The notes beneath the pieces are model-generated. The model saw nothing but the letters and a program-made list of their open reading frames with translations. It searched no databases and had not been told where the DNA came from. A stretch of 63,224 nucleotides of DNA, filler included, from Octopus bimaculoides (taxonomy: Eukaryota), in the NCBI RefSeq assembly GCF_001194135.2. It is 4 parts of 4 records of this genome, joined end to end, with 100 filler letters (N's around TTAATTAATTAA, not from the genome) between each part and the next. Parts side by side here need not be neighbours in the genome. Positions count along the whole stretch, not along the records: positions 1 to 29,790 come from NC_069008.1; 3 more parts are not named here. One strand, written 5' to 3'. Below are positions 1 through 12,539 of this stretch, one piece after another. Each line of letters starts with the position of its first letter. Position 1 is the stretch's first letter. The translations under genes and the position numbers were made by a program.

Positions 1-2065
1 GTGCAATGATCGTAAATCAAAATCGGGAAGATTACGAACTATAAATGAAAAGACGCATGGAAGGGCCGATGTATACCCAGCGCGCAGATGATTTTTTCCG
101 CAAATTATAGGGTGGCTTACGATGCGTTGCCAACTCATGGTCTTCAATGGAGCTGAATTATTATTATTATTAGTTTTTGTTAAGTATCACCATTATAAGT
201 AATTATACTCTGGTGTAATTAAGAAATCAAGTCGTAAATAAACGAAACCCTCGAACCCATCACTATACACGCACACACACTCACACACACACACATCTTC
301 AATATATCAACTGTTGCCATCACAACAAACACAACAATACCACCGCCACAGCAACACCACCGCTACAGCCAACAACAATATCCAACACATCCCATCGAAT
401 GTGCATTTGGGTATCCAACGTGCTCAATGAAGTGTACCTGTTCATATTCATGTTAGACAGTTTAGCTTAGTTCCGTGTAGGTGAAGGCATAATATCATTA
501 ATGATCAGTGTTGATCTCATTGTGTATGTTATTGACCATTATATAGAGTTGTGATATCTGAAGATACTGGTGACAGTAGCGAGCAGTCCTGCTATCAGGG
601 AACAGTTCGGAAACCTGCGCTCTGGTTTCACTTCCAGAGACAGTGCTGACATTGTCATTCGTAGGAGCTCTGGAGACAGTGCCGACCCCTGTGGTAATTC
701 TGGATAATAGTCCTTCTATTATAAACACAAGGTCTGAAATTTTATAGGAAAGGGCCAGTCGATTATATGAACCCCACCGCTCACTTAATACTTGTTTTAA
801 TGAGCCTGAAAGGATAAAAGGATAAGTCGGCCTCTGTAACATTTGAAAGCAGTGAACAATATCGGCATTCGTAGGGATTCTGACTTGACATCTAGAGACA
901 GTGCTGACATCTGTGGTAATTCTGAAAGCGAGATTTGTGGGCATCCTTCATATTTATGTCATTATATTCGTAAGTGGACGGTCATCCGAGGAGAGGACAT
1001 TACTGGACGGTCATAGTGGACAGATTACGTTTGTGCGTCAAAGATATTCCAGCCGTGACCATCCCGTTCTTTTTAATTCAGATATTCTCTATTAGCTTTT
1101 TCTTCTTTCATTTCCCCTCACAAATGTATCTCTTGCACTTTATCTCTTCCTTTATCTCGTCCCTTCTCTCTATTACTATCTATTTCTAGCAATGTCGTAC
1201 GTATTCTCTTCCCCTCTCTATTCCATGCCCTCCTATCCTCTAGCTCCCCCTATGTTTCTCATTTACTCTGATGTCTCTCACTTTCTTTTATCTGTTAGTC
1301 TTTCTTTTTACATCTCCCCTTATCCCTTTCTCTCTCTCCCTATACCATNNNNNNNNNNNNNNNNNNNNNNNNNNNNNNNNNNNNNNNNNNNNNNNNNNNN
1401 NNNNNNNNNNNNNNNNNNNNNNNNNNNNNNNNNNNNNNNNNNNNNNNNNNNNNNNNNNNNNNNNNNNNNNNNNNNNNNNNNNNNNNNNNNNNNNNNNNNN
1501 NNNNNNNNNNNNNNNNNNNNNNNNNNNNNNNNNNNNNNNNNNNNNNNNNNNNNNNNNNNNNNNNNNNNNNNNNNNNNNNNNNNNNNNNNNNNNNNNNNNN
1601 NNNNNNNNNNNNNNNNNNNNNNNNNNNNNNNNNNNNNNNNNNNNNNNNNNNNNNNNNNNNNNNNNNNNNNNNNNNNNNNNNNNNNNNNNNNNNNNNNNNN
1701 NNNNNNNNNNNNNNNNNNNNNNNNNNNNNNNNNNNNNNNNNNNNNNNNNNNNNNNNNNNNNNNNNNNNNNNNNNNNNNNNNNNNNNNNNNNNNNNNNNNN
1801 NNNNNNNNNNNNNNNNNNNNNNNNNNNNNNNNNNNNNNNNNNNNNNNNNNNNNNNNNNNNNNNNNNNNNNNNNNNNNNNNNNNNNNNNNNNNNNNNNNNN
1901 NNNNNNNNNNNNNNNNNNNNNNNNNNNNNNNNNNNNNNNNNNNNNNNNNNNNNNNNNNNNNNNNNNNNNNNNNNNNNNNNNNNNNNNNNNNNNNNNNNNN
2001 NNNNNNNNNNNNNNNNNNNNNNNNNNNNNNNNNNNNNNNNNNNNNNNNNNNNNNNNNNNNNNNNN

Positions 2066-2117
2066 CTAATGACAGTCGTCAGCACGAATGACAGCAACGA
2101 GATGTCCTACTTCAGAA
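2066..2117 (+). CDS. Gene A coding exon 1, visible 3' end only (LMTVVSTNDSNEMSYFR); the rest lies in the N gap at 1349-2065
   Basis: Reverse-complement match to the 3' end of gene B exon 1 (IMTVVSTNDSNEISFYK). Ends at the GTAAGT donor 2118-2123 in phase 1, same as B. Confidence 0.8.
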
Positions 2118-2139
2118 GTAAGTGAATTATTATTATTAC

Positions 2140-2206
<67 letters not shown>

Positions 2207-2209
2207 TTG

Positions 2210-3489
2210 TTGTTGTTGTTGTTGTTTTTTCTAATTTCTTCAAATTTTCTTCCGTTTGTCGCCGAGTGTTTTCCGTACACCTGGGGCAGAGAATCTCATT
2301 GTATGCATTCCCAGTTTACACACGCAAATTCACAGGTAAAATATGTATGTAAAAAAAAAAAATTAATGAATGGATGTTGTTTTCACAGCGATAATGCTCT
2401 TCTCAGTACATGAGTTGTTCCAGTTAACACAATTGTTTACACTTCCTGTAAGCCTGGAATCATTTTCAAATGGGTTTCATCTTTGCCATATAGTTTTAAA
2501 TCATCCATATAAAATAGATGGCTTATTTTCCTGTTGTCAATTTTGTAGCCATTCCGTCTTATTCAGTTCACCTGAGAGTGGTATTAGTGCTATGCAGAAA
2601 ATTAGTGGTGAAAGTGAGTCACCTTGGAAAATGCCACAGTTTATACTAATATTGTTTGAGCGCAATACTCCATTAGAATGATATAATTGGAGCTTCGTGT
2701 TCCACAGTGACATACTATACTTTAAAATATCTGAAATCACAGGAGAAATTTTGAAAATGTCCAGCGATTTCAGAATCTACGAATGTGGTGTGTTGTCAAA
2801 GGCATTTTTATAATCAATCCATGAAGAGCTGAGATTTCTGCGATTGTTATGGCNNNNNNNNNNNNNNNNNNNNNNNNNNNNNNNNNNNNNNNNNNNNNNN
2901 NNNNNNNNNNNNNNNNNNNNNNNNNNNNNNNNNNNNNNNNNNNNNNNNNNNNNNNNNNNNNNNNNNNNNNNNNNNNNNNNNNNNNNNNNNNNNNNNNNNN
3001 NNNNNNNNNNNNNNNNNNNNNNNNNNNNNNNNNNNNNNNNNNNNNNNNNNNNNNNNNNNNNNNNNNNNNNNNNNNNNNNNNNNNNNNNNNNNNNNNNNNN
3101 NNNNNNNNNNGACCCAGTTAGAATTTTCTTCAGGTCGAGTAGCCCATCTCACTCAAAAGGTCCCTGAATAGGTTTCTTTAAGGATGTTGAGCAAAACACC
3201 CATGTTTCCAAAGGTGAATTATTCAAACCCCAAAGAATTCCTCTCAACACATGGCTATGATTTTCTCCAACTACTTCTGCTCATGATCAGAGATGCACAT
3301 ATCGTCGGCCACCAAGGGACATGCTCAACTGGTTAAGGTCAAACAACTGACAAGCAAATCTGTGGTATTGAGCAGAATATTTGCTGTATCCCATCTTTTT
3401 ATACCAAGACAAAACAATGTACATGATAACACTTCCAATCAATTAAGATCAGAAGCCATGAGAGCCACTGCCTGGTACTGCATCCGGGC

Positions 3490-3495
<6 letters not shown>
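2210..3495 (-). mobile_element. Internally deleted R4/Dong-like non-LTR retrotransposon in intron 1 of gene A
   Basis: RT motifs on - (GIFQGDSLSPLIFCIALIPLS, then ISHLFYMDDLK) at about 2480-2740. The element is flanked on both sides by (ATT)n tracts. Confidence 0.75.
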
Positions 3496-3560
<65 letters not shown>

Positions 3561-3627
3561 ATCGTCATCGCCATCGTCATCGCCATCGTCATCGCCATCG
3601 TCGTCGTCATCATCATCATCGTCATCG

Positions 3628-3679
<52 letters not shown>

Positions 3680-3939
3680 TATCATTATTATTATTAATAT
3701 TATTATCATTATCATATCTTTTCTTTTTTAAGGCGGTGAGCTGGCAGAATCATTAGCATTCTGAACGAAATGTTTCTAAGTTCAAATTGCGTCGAGGTCG
3801 AGTTTACTTTTCATCCTTTCCGGGTCGATTAAATAAGTACCAGTTGAACACTGGGATCGATGTAATCGACTCATCCCCTCCCCCAAAATTGCTGCCATTG
3901 TGACAAAATTTGAATCCATTCTTATTATTTCATTTTACC

Positions 3940-5130
3940 ACAGATTTTGTTGGAATTCTTGGAGTCTTGCATGCGTAGCGGGCATGCTGCTTCCAGCCCA
4001 TGGTACCATGTTATCCGTCCTTTTCAACTAATACTTTCCGGATTATTCTGACCGCGTCAAGGGAGCAAACCTTTTGTAACAGTTCTACTGGGCACTCTTT
4101 TCTACTTTCCTTTATATTCCTCTTGATGCCTTCTGATACTGTCCCTAAGGACCCCTCAGGGATTGGCACTATCTTCACCTGCTTCATTTTCCATTGCTAG
4201 AATATTTCGTACTTAAGAGTGTTGTATTTATCTATTTTTTTCGCCTTCTTTGTTGATTATTCGCGGATCAAAGGGGCGCGCAACATCAACTGTATGGCAC
4301 ATGTGGTGCATCTTGTCGGCAACTACTTGATCCGCTCTGTTTTGCTCTAGCACCTGATTTGTTTGGTTTTGGAAACCTCAGAGGATTTTGCTTGACTGTG
4401 GTTCCACCATTCTCTCCGATTTGTTCTCATACTACGTCTTACCTCTCTCTAACCCCCAATTTCCGCACAGGTTCCAACATCGCACTTTCGCTACCTAACT
4501 GTGTCGCCAAAATTTGTAGTGGTTTTGGACATGTCTAGGCCATTCGTAAGTGATATGAACCATGGTTTCGTCCACTCTATTACAGATGCGGCACAGCGGT
4601 GCAACTTGCTCATTCCTAAGGTTGACCCTCGAATTCGTGGACAAGCCATGACTATGTGCTGCCAGTATAGTGCTGTCAGTCTCTATTTTCAGTGTCCCTT
4701 TCTTCAGTGTTCCTTTTTTCAGCCAATCCCACTTATTTTTTCCAACAACTTCTATTGTGGTTACATGGAAATTATTGTGGAGTCCCTTGTTGCCTTATGC
4801 TTTTCCATATCATTTTTGTATTTCTTCCTTTATTTTGCCGTTTTTTCTAGGTTTTCAATACTCCCTCAGTCCTAACTGCCACTAGCAAGGTTTCCTTACT
4901 TTAGCATAGGTGTCTCATCAAGCTCCCGAGTTCGATACGTACGCAGTCTTCCACACTTATCAGTGCCCTTCCTCCATTTGCTCTTTTCGTGTAGAGACGA
5001 TCAGTGTCTGAAGGTGGATGATGGACTCCATGCATCATTAGAAGCTTTCTTGTCTTCCTGTCCAACTCCTATCTCTCCTCCTCTGTTCACTTCAATATTC
5101 TAGCACCATACCGAACTACTGCGGCTGCGC
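3940..5130 (-). mobile_element. Degenerate 3' part of an R4/Dong-like LINE (thumb region, CCHC knuckle, RLE endonuclease)
   Basis: Frameshifted translation on - gives DRKTRKLLMMHGVHHP...RLY, WDWLKKGTL, PLCRICN, DVARPFD and VELLQKVC...RIIRKVL. Confidence 0.75.
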
Positions 5131-5220
5131 GTGAGTTCATGGCCGAAATAATGTTTCAGGTATTCAGCTTTGAAGCCACTACTACTACTACTTCTACTAC
5201 TACTATCATTATTATTTCAG

Positions 5221-5399
5221 ACAGCCAATGGATTAAAACATATGCCATATCAATGGGAGCTGGTTCGAAAGTCTATAATTCATTCATGAATATCGAAAGT
5301 CCTTCAACCTGGAATGTGGACAAATGCATTGGTACCTTTTGTCCCAACTTCTGCCGACGTCCCATTCTTGATTTCTGGAACTATCTTCCCATTGATGAG
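5221..5399 (+). CDS. Gene A coding exon 2 (SQWIKTYAISMGAGSKVY...PILDFWNYLPIDE)
   Basis: TTTCAG acceptor ending 5220 and GTATGT donor at 5400. 179 nt, phase 1 to 0, open frame; paralogous to 19994-20172. Confidence 0.9.
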
Positions 5400-6298
5400 G
5401 TATGTAGGCATATGCATACACATACACGCGCACACAAACACATATTGTTATTTTCATAATAACAACAATAATGATTAACAGATATTTAGATCAATTCAAT
5501 TGCTTCTGACATTTTTGACCTGTAAAAATTTTATATTATGAAGGCGAAACCNNNNNNNNNNNNNNNNNNNNNNNNNNNNNNNNNNNNNNNNNNNNNNNNN
5601 NNNNNNNNNNNNNNNNNNNNNNNNNNNNNNNNNNNNNNNNNNNNNNNNNNNNNNNNNNNNNNNNNNNNNNNNNNNNNNNNNNNNNNNNNNNNNNNNNNNN
5701 NNNNNNNNNNNNNNNNNNNNNNNNNNNNNNNNNNNNNNNNNNNNNNNNNNNNNNNNNNNNNNNNNNNNNNNNNNNNNNNNNNNNNNNNNNNNATATATAT
5801 ATGACGTATATGTATATGTGTCTGTAGTGGGGTGTATCGGATCTAAAAAGGAATCGGTCGTTTAGGTATTACGATACGTGTTTCAGTAGCAGAAAATTGC
5901 TTTTATTAACACATTGAGTTATACAACTTGACATACAATGACATGAGATTTTTTGTAAGATTATGAAATGAAAAGTTTACCTTAGATTACCACATCTTGT
6001 GGGGGTGGGGGTCAAACTGTATTAGAGGTTAATTAAGCGATATGTACCAGATAGTATCATGGTAGAATATGAAGTTTTCAAGTGACGGGGAATTAAAAAT
6101 AATATTTGACTCATTTAGATAGAGCAAGGTACCGCTTAGGTCAATGACAAATCAATGTCAATAATTTCGTGTGTTAAAGAAATTCTTTACATTCAAAGCA
6201 ATGATGAAGAAAAATGAGAGTGGACATTATGGCTAACATCCAAGGAAATGTATGTTAAATTATCTCGATCTATTTAAATTTATTCACTTATTTTTTTC

Positions 6299-6341
<43 letters not shown>

Positions 6342-6748
6342 NNNNNNNNNNNNNNNNNNNNNNNNNNNNNNNNNNNNNNNNNNNNNNNNNNNNNNNNNNN
6401 NNNNNNNNNNNNNNNNNNNNNNNNNNNNNNNNNNNNNNNNNNNNNNNNNNNNNNNNNNNNNNNNNNNNNNNNNNNNNNNNNNNNNNNNNNNNNNNNNNNN
6501 NNNNNNNNNNNNNNNNNNNNNNNNNNNNNNNNNNNNNNNNNNNNNNNNNNNNNNNNNNNNNNNNNNNNNNNNNNNNNNNNNNNNNNNNNNNNNNNNNNNN
6601 NNNNNNNNNNNNNNNNNNNNNNNNNNNNNNNNNNNNNNNNNNNNNNNNNNNNNNNNNNNNNNNNNNNNNNNNNNNNNNNNNNNNNNNNNNNNNNNNNNNN
6701 NNNNNNNNNNNNNNNNNNNNNNNNNNNNNNNNNNNNNNNNNNNGTGTG

Positions 6749-6784
<36 letters not shown>

Positions 6785-6807
6785 ATACATGTTCATTTCT
6801 TTTGCAG

Positions 6808-6971
6808 GTTAAACTGGTGATTTATGAAAAACAAACAGCTGTGGTGACTATGATATTTGATGGACGAAATACAACACTTAAAACCTGGTTCTCTCAAAGA
6901 AACTTGAAAAGTTCGCCATGGGTCGATCTAGCTTCAGCCACAAGCCTTCTTTTCTCAGTGGAGGGAGTTTT
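6808..6971 (+). CDS. Gene A coding exon 3 (VKLVIYEKQTAVVTMIFDGRNTT...SSPWVDL...FSVEGV)
   Basis: TTTCTTTTGCAG acceptor and GTATGT donor at 6972. 164 nt, phase 0 to 2; paralogous to 16046-16209. Confidence 0.9.
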
Positions 6972-7814
6972 GTATGTTTCTTTATCTTCTTTGTTGTTTT
7001 GTCTTATTCTGTCATGTAGAGAAATATAATATTAAAAAGCACTTTTCGTAGGCTACGGATATACAGTCTGACACTATACATTTAGACGCGATACTCTGTG
7101 GAGACGAACAACGCATCATATTTCCAGTCTTTCAACAGTATATCTGCATTTGTTATGATATACAGAATGCAAATTTGAACAAATACTGATGTCGTCTGTA
7201 ATGATGAAATATATCCAGACTTCCGGCTAACTACAGTACCGCTGATTTGCTTATCACTATTTTTCTATGTCAAAAGAAGCGAAATTTCTCTTGACCTGCG
7301 GATGCCAACGACTACTTACTACTGATGTGTTTGAATTCATAAGAAATACGGATTTAGCAATTCCGTCGCCATTGCTAGAGGCTGTTTCTCTATTATTAGT
7401 ACATTTCTGTATTTCTAACATTATATATCTAAATGAAATGCTTTCCGGGTGGAGTAAAGCAGTTTCCTGGCTTTCACGTTAAGTGACATGTTTTAAAGTG
7501 ATAAACACGAAAATATTCACCTTAGAATATTGACTTATATCTGTTCGTTTTGAATATTATATTTCATTATATTATTTCTACTGAGCAAAATTTCTTGTAT
7601 GTTTATTTGGCGCTTTGGTAAGATGTTTAACATGGGAAAATATTATCGTTTATAGGTTAGTGGCGTTTTGTGGATTTTTTTACTGAGGTGTGACTCGTGT
7701 GTAGTTTCGCATTTGTTGGCGTATTTACATTTGCACATTTCTACGTGCTTGTATGTTTGTATGTGAGTGTGTGTGCGTATGTGCGTGCGTGTGTATGTAT
7801 ATCTATGTGTATGA

Positions 7815-7870
<56 letters not shown>

Positions 7871-8320
7871 AAATGTATGTGTGTGTGAGTGTAAGACAGA
7901 TCTCGTTGGGAAGAGAATCTATAGATGGCTGTTGGTGATGTCACAGCATATTTTAACACAGACTGCTATAGATCTCTATGTATCATACATAACGTATACT
8001 CATTCACGACAGGCCAGTTACTGCAATATGTGTCCTGCTATAACACCTTGCTCTCACCGGCTGTTGATGGGACGAAGATTTTCTGTCTTTCCGGCATTTA
8101 TTGTGTTCGTAACACAGCAAATCCACATGAGATATTATTCAAGGAAAATATACTATAGTAATTAGTCTATCAACAATGTGAATATACATTAAGTATGATA
8201 CACGGAAGGCAATTTTAAACACTGACTGATTCAGTTTTGTATAGCTGACATATTCATATATTTCATAAATGTTTAGATTTTCATATTCTGAAACCCAACC
8301 AACTTTCATTAACTCCACAG

Positions 8321-8481
8321 CGGAATACGTAGCTTCTATATAGGTAAATTTAAGACATGTTCAAAAATTGGCGGCTGGTTGATTGTCGATGAGATTCCAC
8401 CTTTCTGTTCGTTTCGTTACAAAGGTCATTCTCCTTCAATCCGTTATTCTAATACAAATTTGGAATTCGTATGGAAGAACG
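8321..8481 (+). CDS. Gene A coding exon 4 (GIRSFYIGKFKTCSKIGGWLIVD...PSIRYS...VWKN)
   Basis: AACTCCACAG acceptor and GTAAGT donor at 8482. 161 nt, phase 2 to 1; this frame is not listed in the ORF track. Paralogous to 14994-15154. Confidence 0.9.
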
Positions 8482-8525
8482 GTAAGTGACATTATATCTT
8501 TTCTGGGTGTGTGTGTGCGTGTGTA

Positions 8526-8573
<48 letters not shown>

Positions 8574-8932
8574 TGTGTGTCAGTGTGTGTCTGTGTGTGT
8601 GTGTGTCTATGTATCTGTGTCTCTGTGTGTGTCTGTCTGCCTGTCTGTGTGTGTGTGTGTCTGTGTTTCTCTGTGTGTGTGTGTGTCTGTGTCTGTGTGT
8701 GCGTGCCTGTGTCAGTCTGTGTCTGTGTGTGACTATGAGTGGTAATAGTAGAAGTTATTTTCGTACTTAATGTTCAGCAACCAATCAGGCTTGATTCAGC
8801 TGATTTTATGATTAAAAGCGTTCTGACCGGGAATCGACTGCTATTTCTAGTAATTCGAGCTACCACGTGTAAAGTCTTCCCACGATATATTAGAATTCCT
8901 TTTCTTGTTGATGTTGTTATTGTTACTTCCAG

Positions 8933-8988
8933 GTTATCCATTAGCAGATTCCATGGCCATATTCATCCGCTTGAGGCAGCAGAACTAA
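8933..8988 (+). CDS. Gene A terminal coding exon 5 (GYPLADSMAIFIRLRQQN*)
   Basis: TTACTTCCAG acceptor, phase 1, TAA at 8986-8988, AATAAA 100 nt downstream; paralogous to 14639-14688. Confidence 0.88.
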
Positions 8989-9087
8989 CCTAGCACATAA
9001 TATCCATTGATTCTATTGGTTTCGTTAACCTCCATCCAATCCAGCTGACCACCACTAGTGATCCACATAAGTCACGTCTTGCCTGTT

Positions 9088-9093
9088 AATAAA
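9088..9093 (+). terminator. Polyadenylation signal of gene A
   Basis: AATAAA 100 nt after the stop codon; the same position is conserved in paralog B. Confidence 0.7.
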
Positions 9094-9319
9094 GAATCCA
9101 TATAAATATTGTATCTAGCATCGGTCTTTTGAGTTGTGATTCTCTTTCTCTGCTTTCAGAGACAGAGCTGTTGTTGTTGTTTTTTCCAATTCGCGTGTTT
9201 GTTTGTTTGTGTTCGTGCTTGAGTGCGTATGTGTAGATAGATATCTGAGGTTTTGTCTCTGTGCCGTAAGGAAAAATCTCTCAGCAAATCAAGGAGACCA
9301 AAACAATAATACTAATTGC

Positions 9320-10510
9320 AGAAGGGGAAGTGAAAAATAACCGCCGTTTGGTCAAAACATTCTTATGGTCGGTCGCACCACCTTGAACGGTCACATGGTA
9401 TGCTCCCGATTACGTAACCGACGTTCCACCTTGACCGCTCCACTTTTCTTTCTTGTGTTACAGAGTAAACATGGCCGCTCCACTGGCAATGTGCATCAAG
9501 GAAGAACAGCAACCAGTGACCCGATTTCTCTGGTCTGAATGTGTGTCAGTGGCTTAAATTCATCGCAGGCGTTCAGTACTATACTGGAACAGAGCTTTAC
9601 TGCGCAGAAGTGTGTATCAGTGAAACGGGAAGTTTTAAATCTCTGAACAAGATTGAATTGGATCAAGAAGTTTTAAAATGGCCGAATAAGCGCGAAGTAT
9701 GAGAACAGAGCAAAAGGTCCATCAACCTCTGTCATTACGAGAAGATTTAACAAGTTCGAGAGATAGCTGCTGCAAACGCACGAGTGACTATCGATTGTGC
9801 GGCATGGTTTCTACAAATTAATCATGGCTCTGTGTACGAAATCATCCACTAAAATGCTNNNNNNNNNNNNNNNNNNNNNNNNNNNNNNNNNNNNNNNNNN
9901 NNNNNNNNNNNNNNNNNNNNNNNNNNNNNNNNNNNNNNNNNNNNNNNNNNNNNNNNNNTCTACAAATTAATCATGGCTCTGTGTACGAAATCATCCACTA
10001 AAATGCTTAACTTCCGTAAAATCTATGTGTAATGGGTTCCAATAAAGATTACCGAAGCGCATTAGGGAAATCGAGTGGAGATCCGTCAGAGTTTATTTGA
10101 CAGCTACAATGATGAAAGCAAAGCATTTATGGAGATAGCAGTCACAAGAGATGAGACCTGCGTCCATCATTTTGAGCCAGAATCGAAAAGACAGAATGGA
10201 AACATCCGGAATCGATAGCGAAAAAGTAATTCATGACTGAACCTTCTACGGAAAAAGTGATGCTAACTGTATTTGGGGATGCAAACGAGCCTATACATGA
10301 ACATTGCCTGGAAAAGGGGTCTATTGTCACTAGTGTAGGCTACAATGAAATGGCAGCCAACAAACTGAAACCAGCAATTCGCATCAAACACCAAAGTCTA
10401 TTGTTAAAGTATGAATTATTGTCGGACGACAATGCACGCTCGCATTCGGCCAGCCACACTATTGAAACCATGGAGTCATCAAAATTGTGAGCCACTGGAA
10501 GAAGCACATG
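9320..10510 (+). mobile_element. Mariner (DD34D-type) transposase relic, multiply frameshifted
   Basis: MAAPLAMC.KEEQ N-terminus, RFLWSE, WVP, DETCVHHFEPESKRQ, KVMLTVFGDA, KLKPAIR and DDNARSH (HDNARPH-like). Confidence 0.85.
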
Positions 10511-10991
10511 GAAAATCAAGAAGACTATGGCGAAAAATGAAATAAATATACACAAACATCTTTTGTATTTACTTTTACTGGTCCCAGCTAGAGGCTGCGG
10601 CCATGCTAGAGTACCACCCTTAGTGTGAGGTGTTTTTATTTTACACTAAATTCCAAGCTTTCATCTCCGGCATTATGTCTGGTGAAGTGGCGAGTTAGAC
10701 GGAGTTGTTCATCTTTGTGATCCCTGCTGCCATGTGGGCTCATCTGGTACATTAGATAAAAATTTAACAAATATACCTTGCAGATCTCTGAAATGTTTTG
10801 GTAGAGTGCTGAAAGGATACAGGCCTTTGAAATCTTACAGTGCTAAGTCCTTACACTAGATGGAGAAGATGCGATATTTGGAATCTTGCAATGATGTCCA
10901 AATCGGTAGTTGTAATAGATTGCAATACCAAATGTGGAAAATGGCCTTCCAGGAACACACACACACACACACACACACATACACACACACA

Positions 10992-11025
<34 letters not shown>

Positions 11026-11613
11026 NNNNNNNNNNNNNNNNNNNNNNNNNNNNNNNNNNNNNNNNNNNNNNNNNNNNNNNNNNNNNNNNNNNNNNNNNNN
11101 NNNNNNNNNNNNNNNNNNNNNNNNNNNNNNNNNNNNNNNNNNNNNNNNNNNNNNNNNNNNNNNNNNNNNNNNNNNNNNNNNNNNNNNNNNNNNNNNNNNN
11201 NNNNNNNNNNNNNNNNNNNNNNNNNNNNNNNNNNNNNNNNNNNNNNNNNNNNNNNNNNNNNNNNNNNNNNNNNNNNNNNNNNNNNNNNNNNNNNNNNNNN
11301 NNNNNNNNNNNNNNNNNNNNNNNNNNNNNNNNNNNNNNNNNNNNNNNNNNNNNNNNNNNNNNNNNNNNNNNNNNNNNNNNNNNNNNNNNNNNNNNNNNNN
11401 NNNNNNNNNNNNNNNNNNNNNNNNNNNNNNNNNNNNNNNNNNNNNNNNNNNNNNNNNNNNNNNNNNNNNNNNNNNNNNNNNNNNNNNNNNNNNNNNNNNN
11501 NNNNNNNNNNNNNNNNNNNNNNNNNNNNNNNNNNNNNNNNNNNNNNNNNNNNNNNNNNNNNNGTAAACATACCAACATTGTTTATCAAGCGATATTGGTG
11601 GGCAGGGGCAATC

Positions 11614-11694
<81 letters not shown>

Positions 11695-12539
11695 CGACAT
11701 GCTTCTTTCAGTTCCCGTCTACCAAATCCACTCTCAAGGCTTTGGTAGAAGACACTTACCCAAAGTGCCACGCAGTGGTACCAAACCCGGAACCATGAGG
11801 TTGGTAAGCAAGATTCTTACCAGTACCACATAGCCATTCCTGCACCTAGGTCACAATATATTTATTGAAATTTTAGCCCTAGGTGGATTATGAATTAATG
11901 ATCTTCAGATATTGAATGTAACTACTGGTTATTAAATCAGATACAACTAAATATATGTGGAATGATGAACTTATTTTTCTTTGTATAAATTAGATTTTAA
12001 ATTAAATACGGTTTCGTCCTCCTATGTGTATTGCAAGAATTCTTAATATAAATAGTTTTACTTATAGAGAACACTGATTTCTACTTGAAAGTCAAACCAG
12101 ATACTACACTGACATTTGCCATGTAAACTCGGTCACCTCCTATTTACGTGGTAGTTACTAAATCATAAGTTCGTCTCATGGAAGTTTTTATAATCCCTTC
12201 TGTAGAGGTGAGAATATCTTAAGTCTTGTTCCAGCCTATTCTTAAGCAACTGATGTTTAGCCATGAAAACATGGAATATTTCCTAAATACATAAATTTTA
12301 CCTCTTTGCTCCAACTAGGTAACGTTCAACTACGCCTAATTATATCGCATTCTATATTAAAGTTAGTATTTCTAACGTTAAGAAACCAGATAAACACACT
12401 TAAGCTGGTGCTATGCATTTTCTCTCTATCCTTTCCATAGGACATGGGTTTCGTTAACTCCGTGAATGCTTGCAACAATGTGTAGTATTTGTTGGAAGCA
12501 GCGGCGGCAAAAAAAAAAAAGAGCCGGGCTGACTGTGGA

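Noticed and set aside
7870-8130. Conserved block shared with 15355-15590 containing short ORFs
   Set aside because: Indels and stops differ between the copies, there are no matching splice sites, and the gene model is complete without it. It is duplicated intron 3 sequence.
8739-8993. 84-aa ORF overlapping gene A exon 5
   Set aside because: Wrong frame; the spliced phase-1 frame (GYPLADSMAIFIR) is the one conserved in B.
9810-10007. Direct repeat of about 48 bp flanking a 100-N gap in the mariner relic
   Set aside because: Unmerged contig overlap.
10680-10950. Possible RTE-like LINE remnant
   Set aside because: Motifs are too degraded to support a call.
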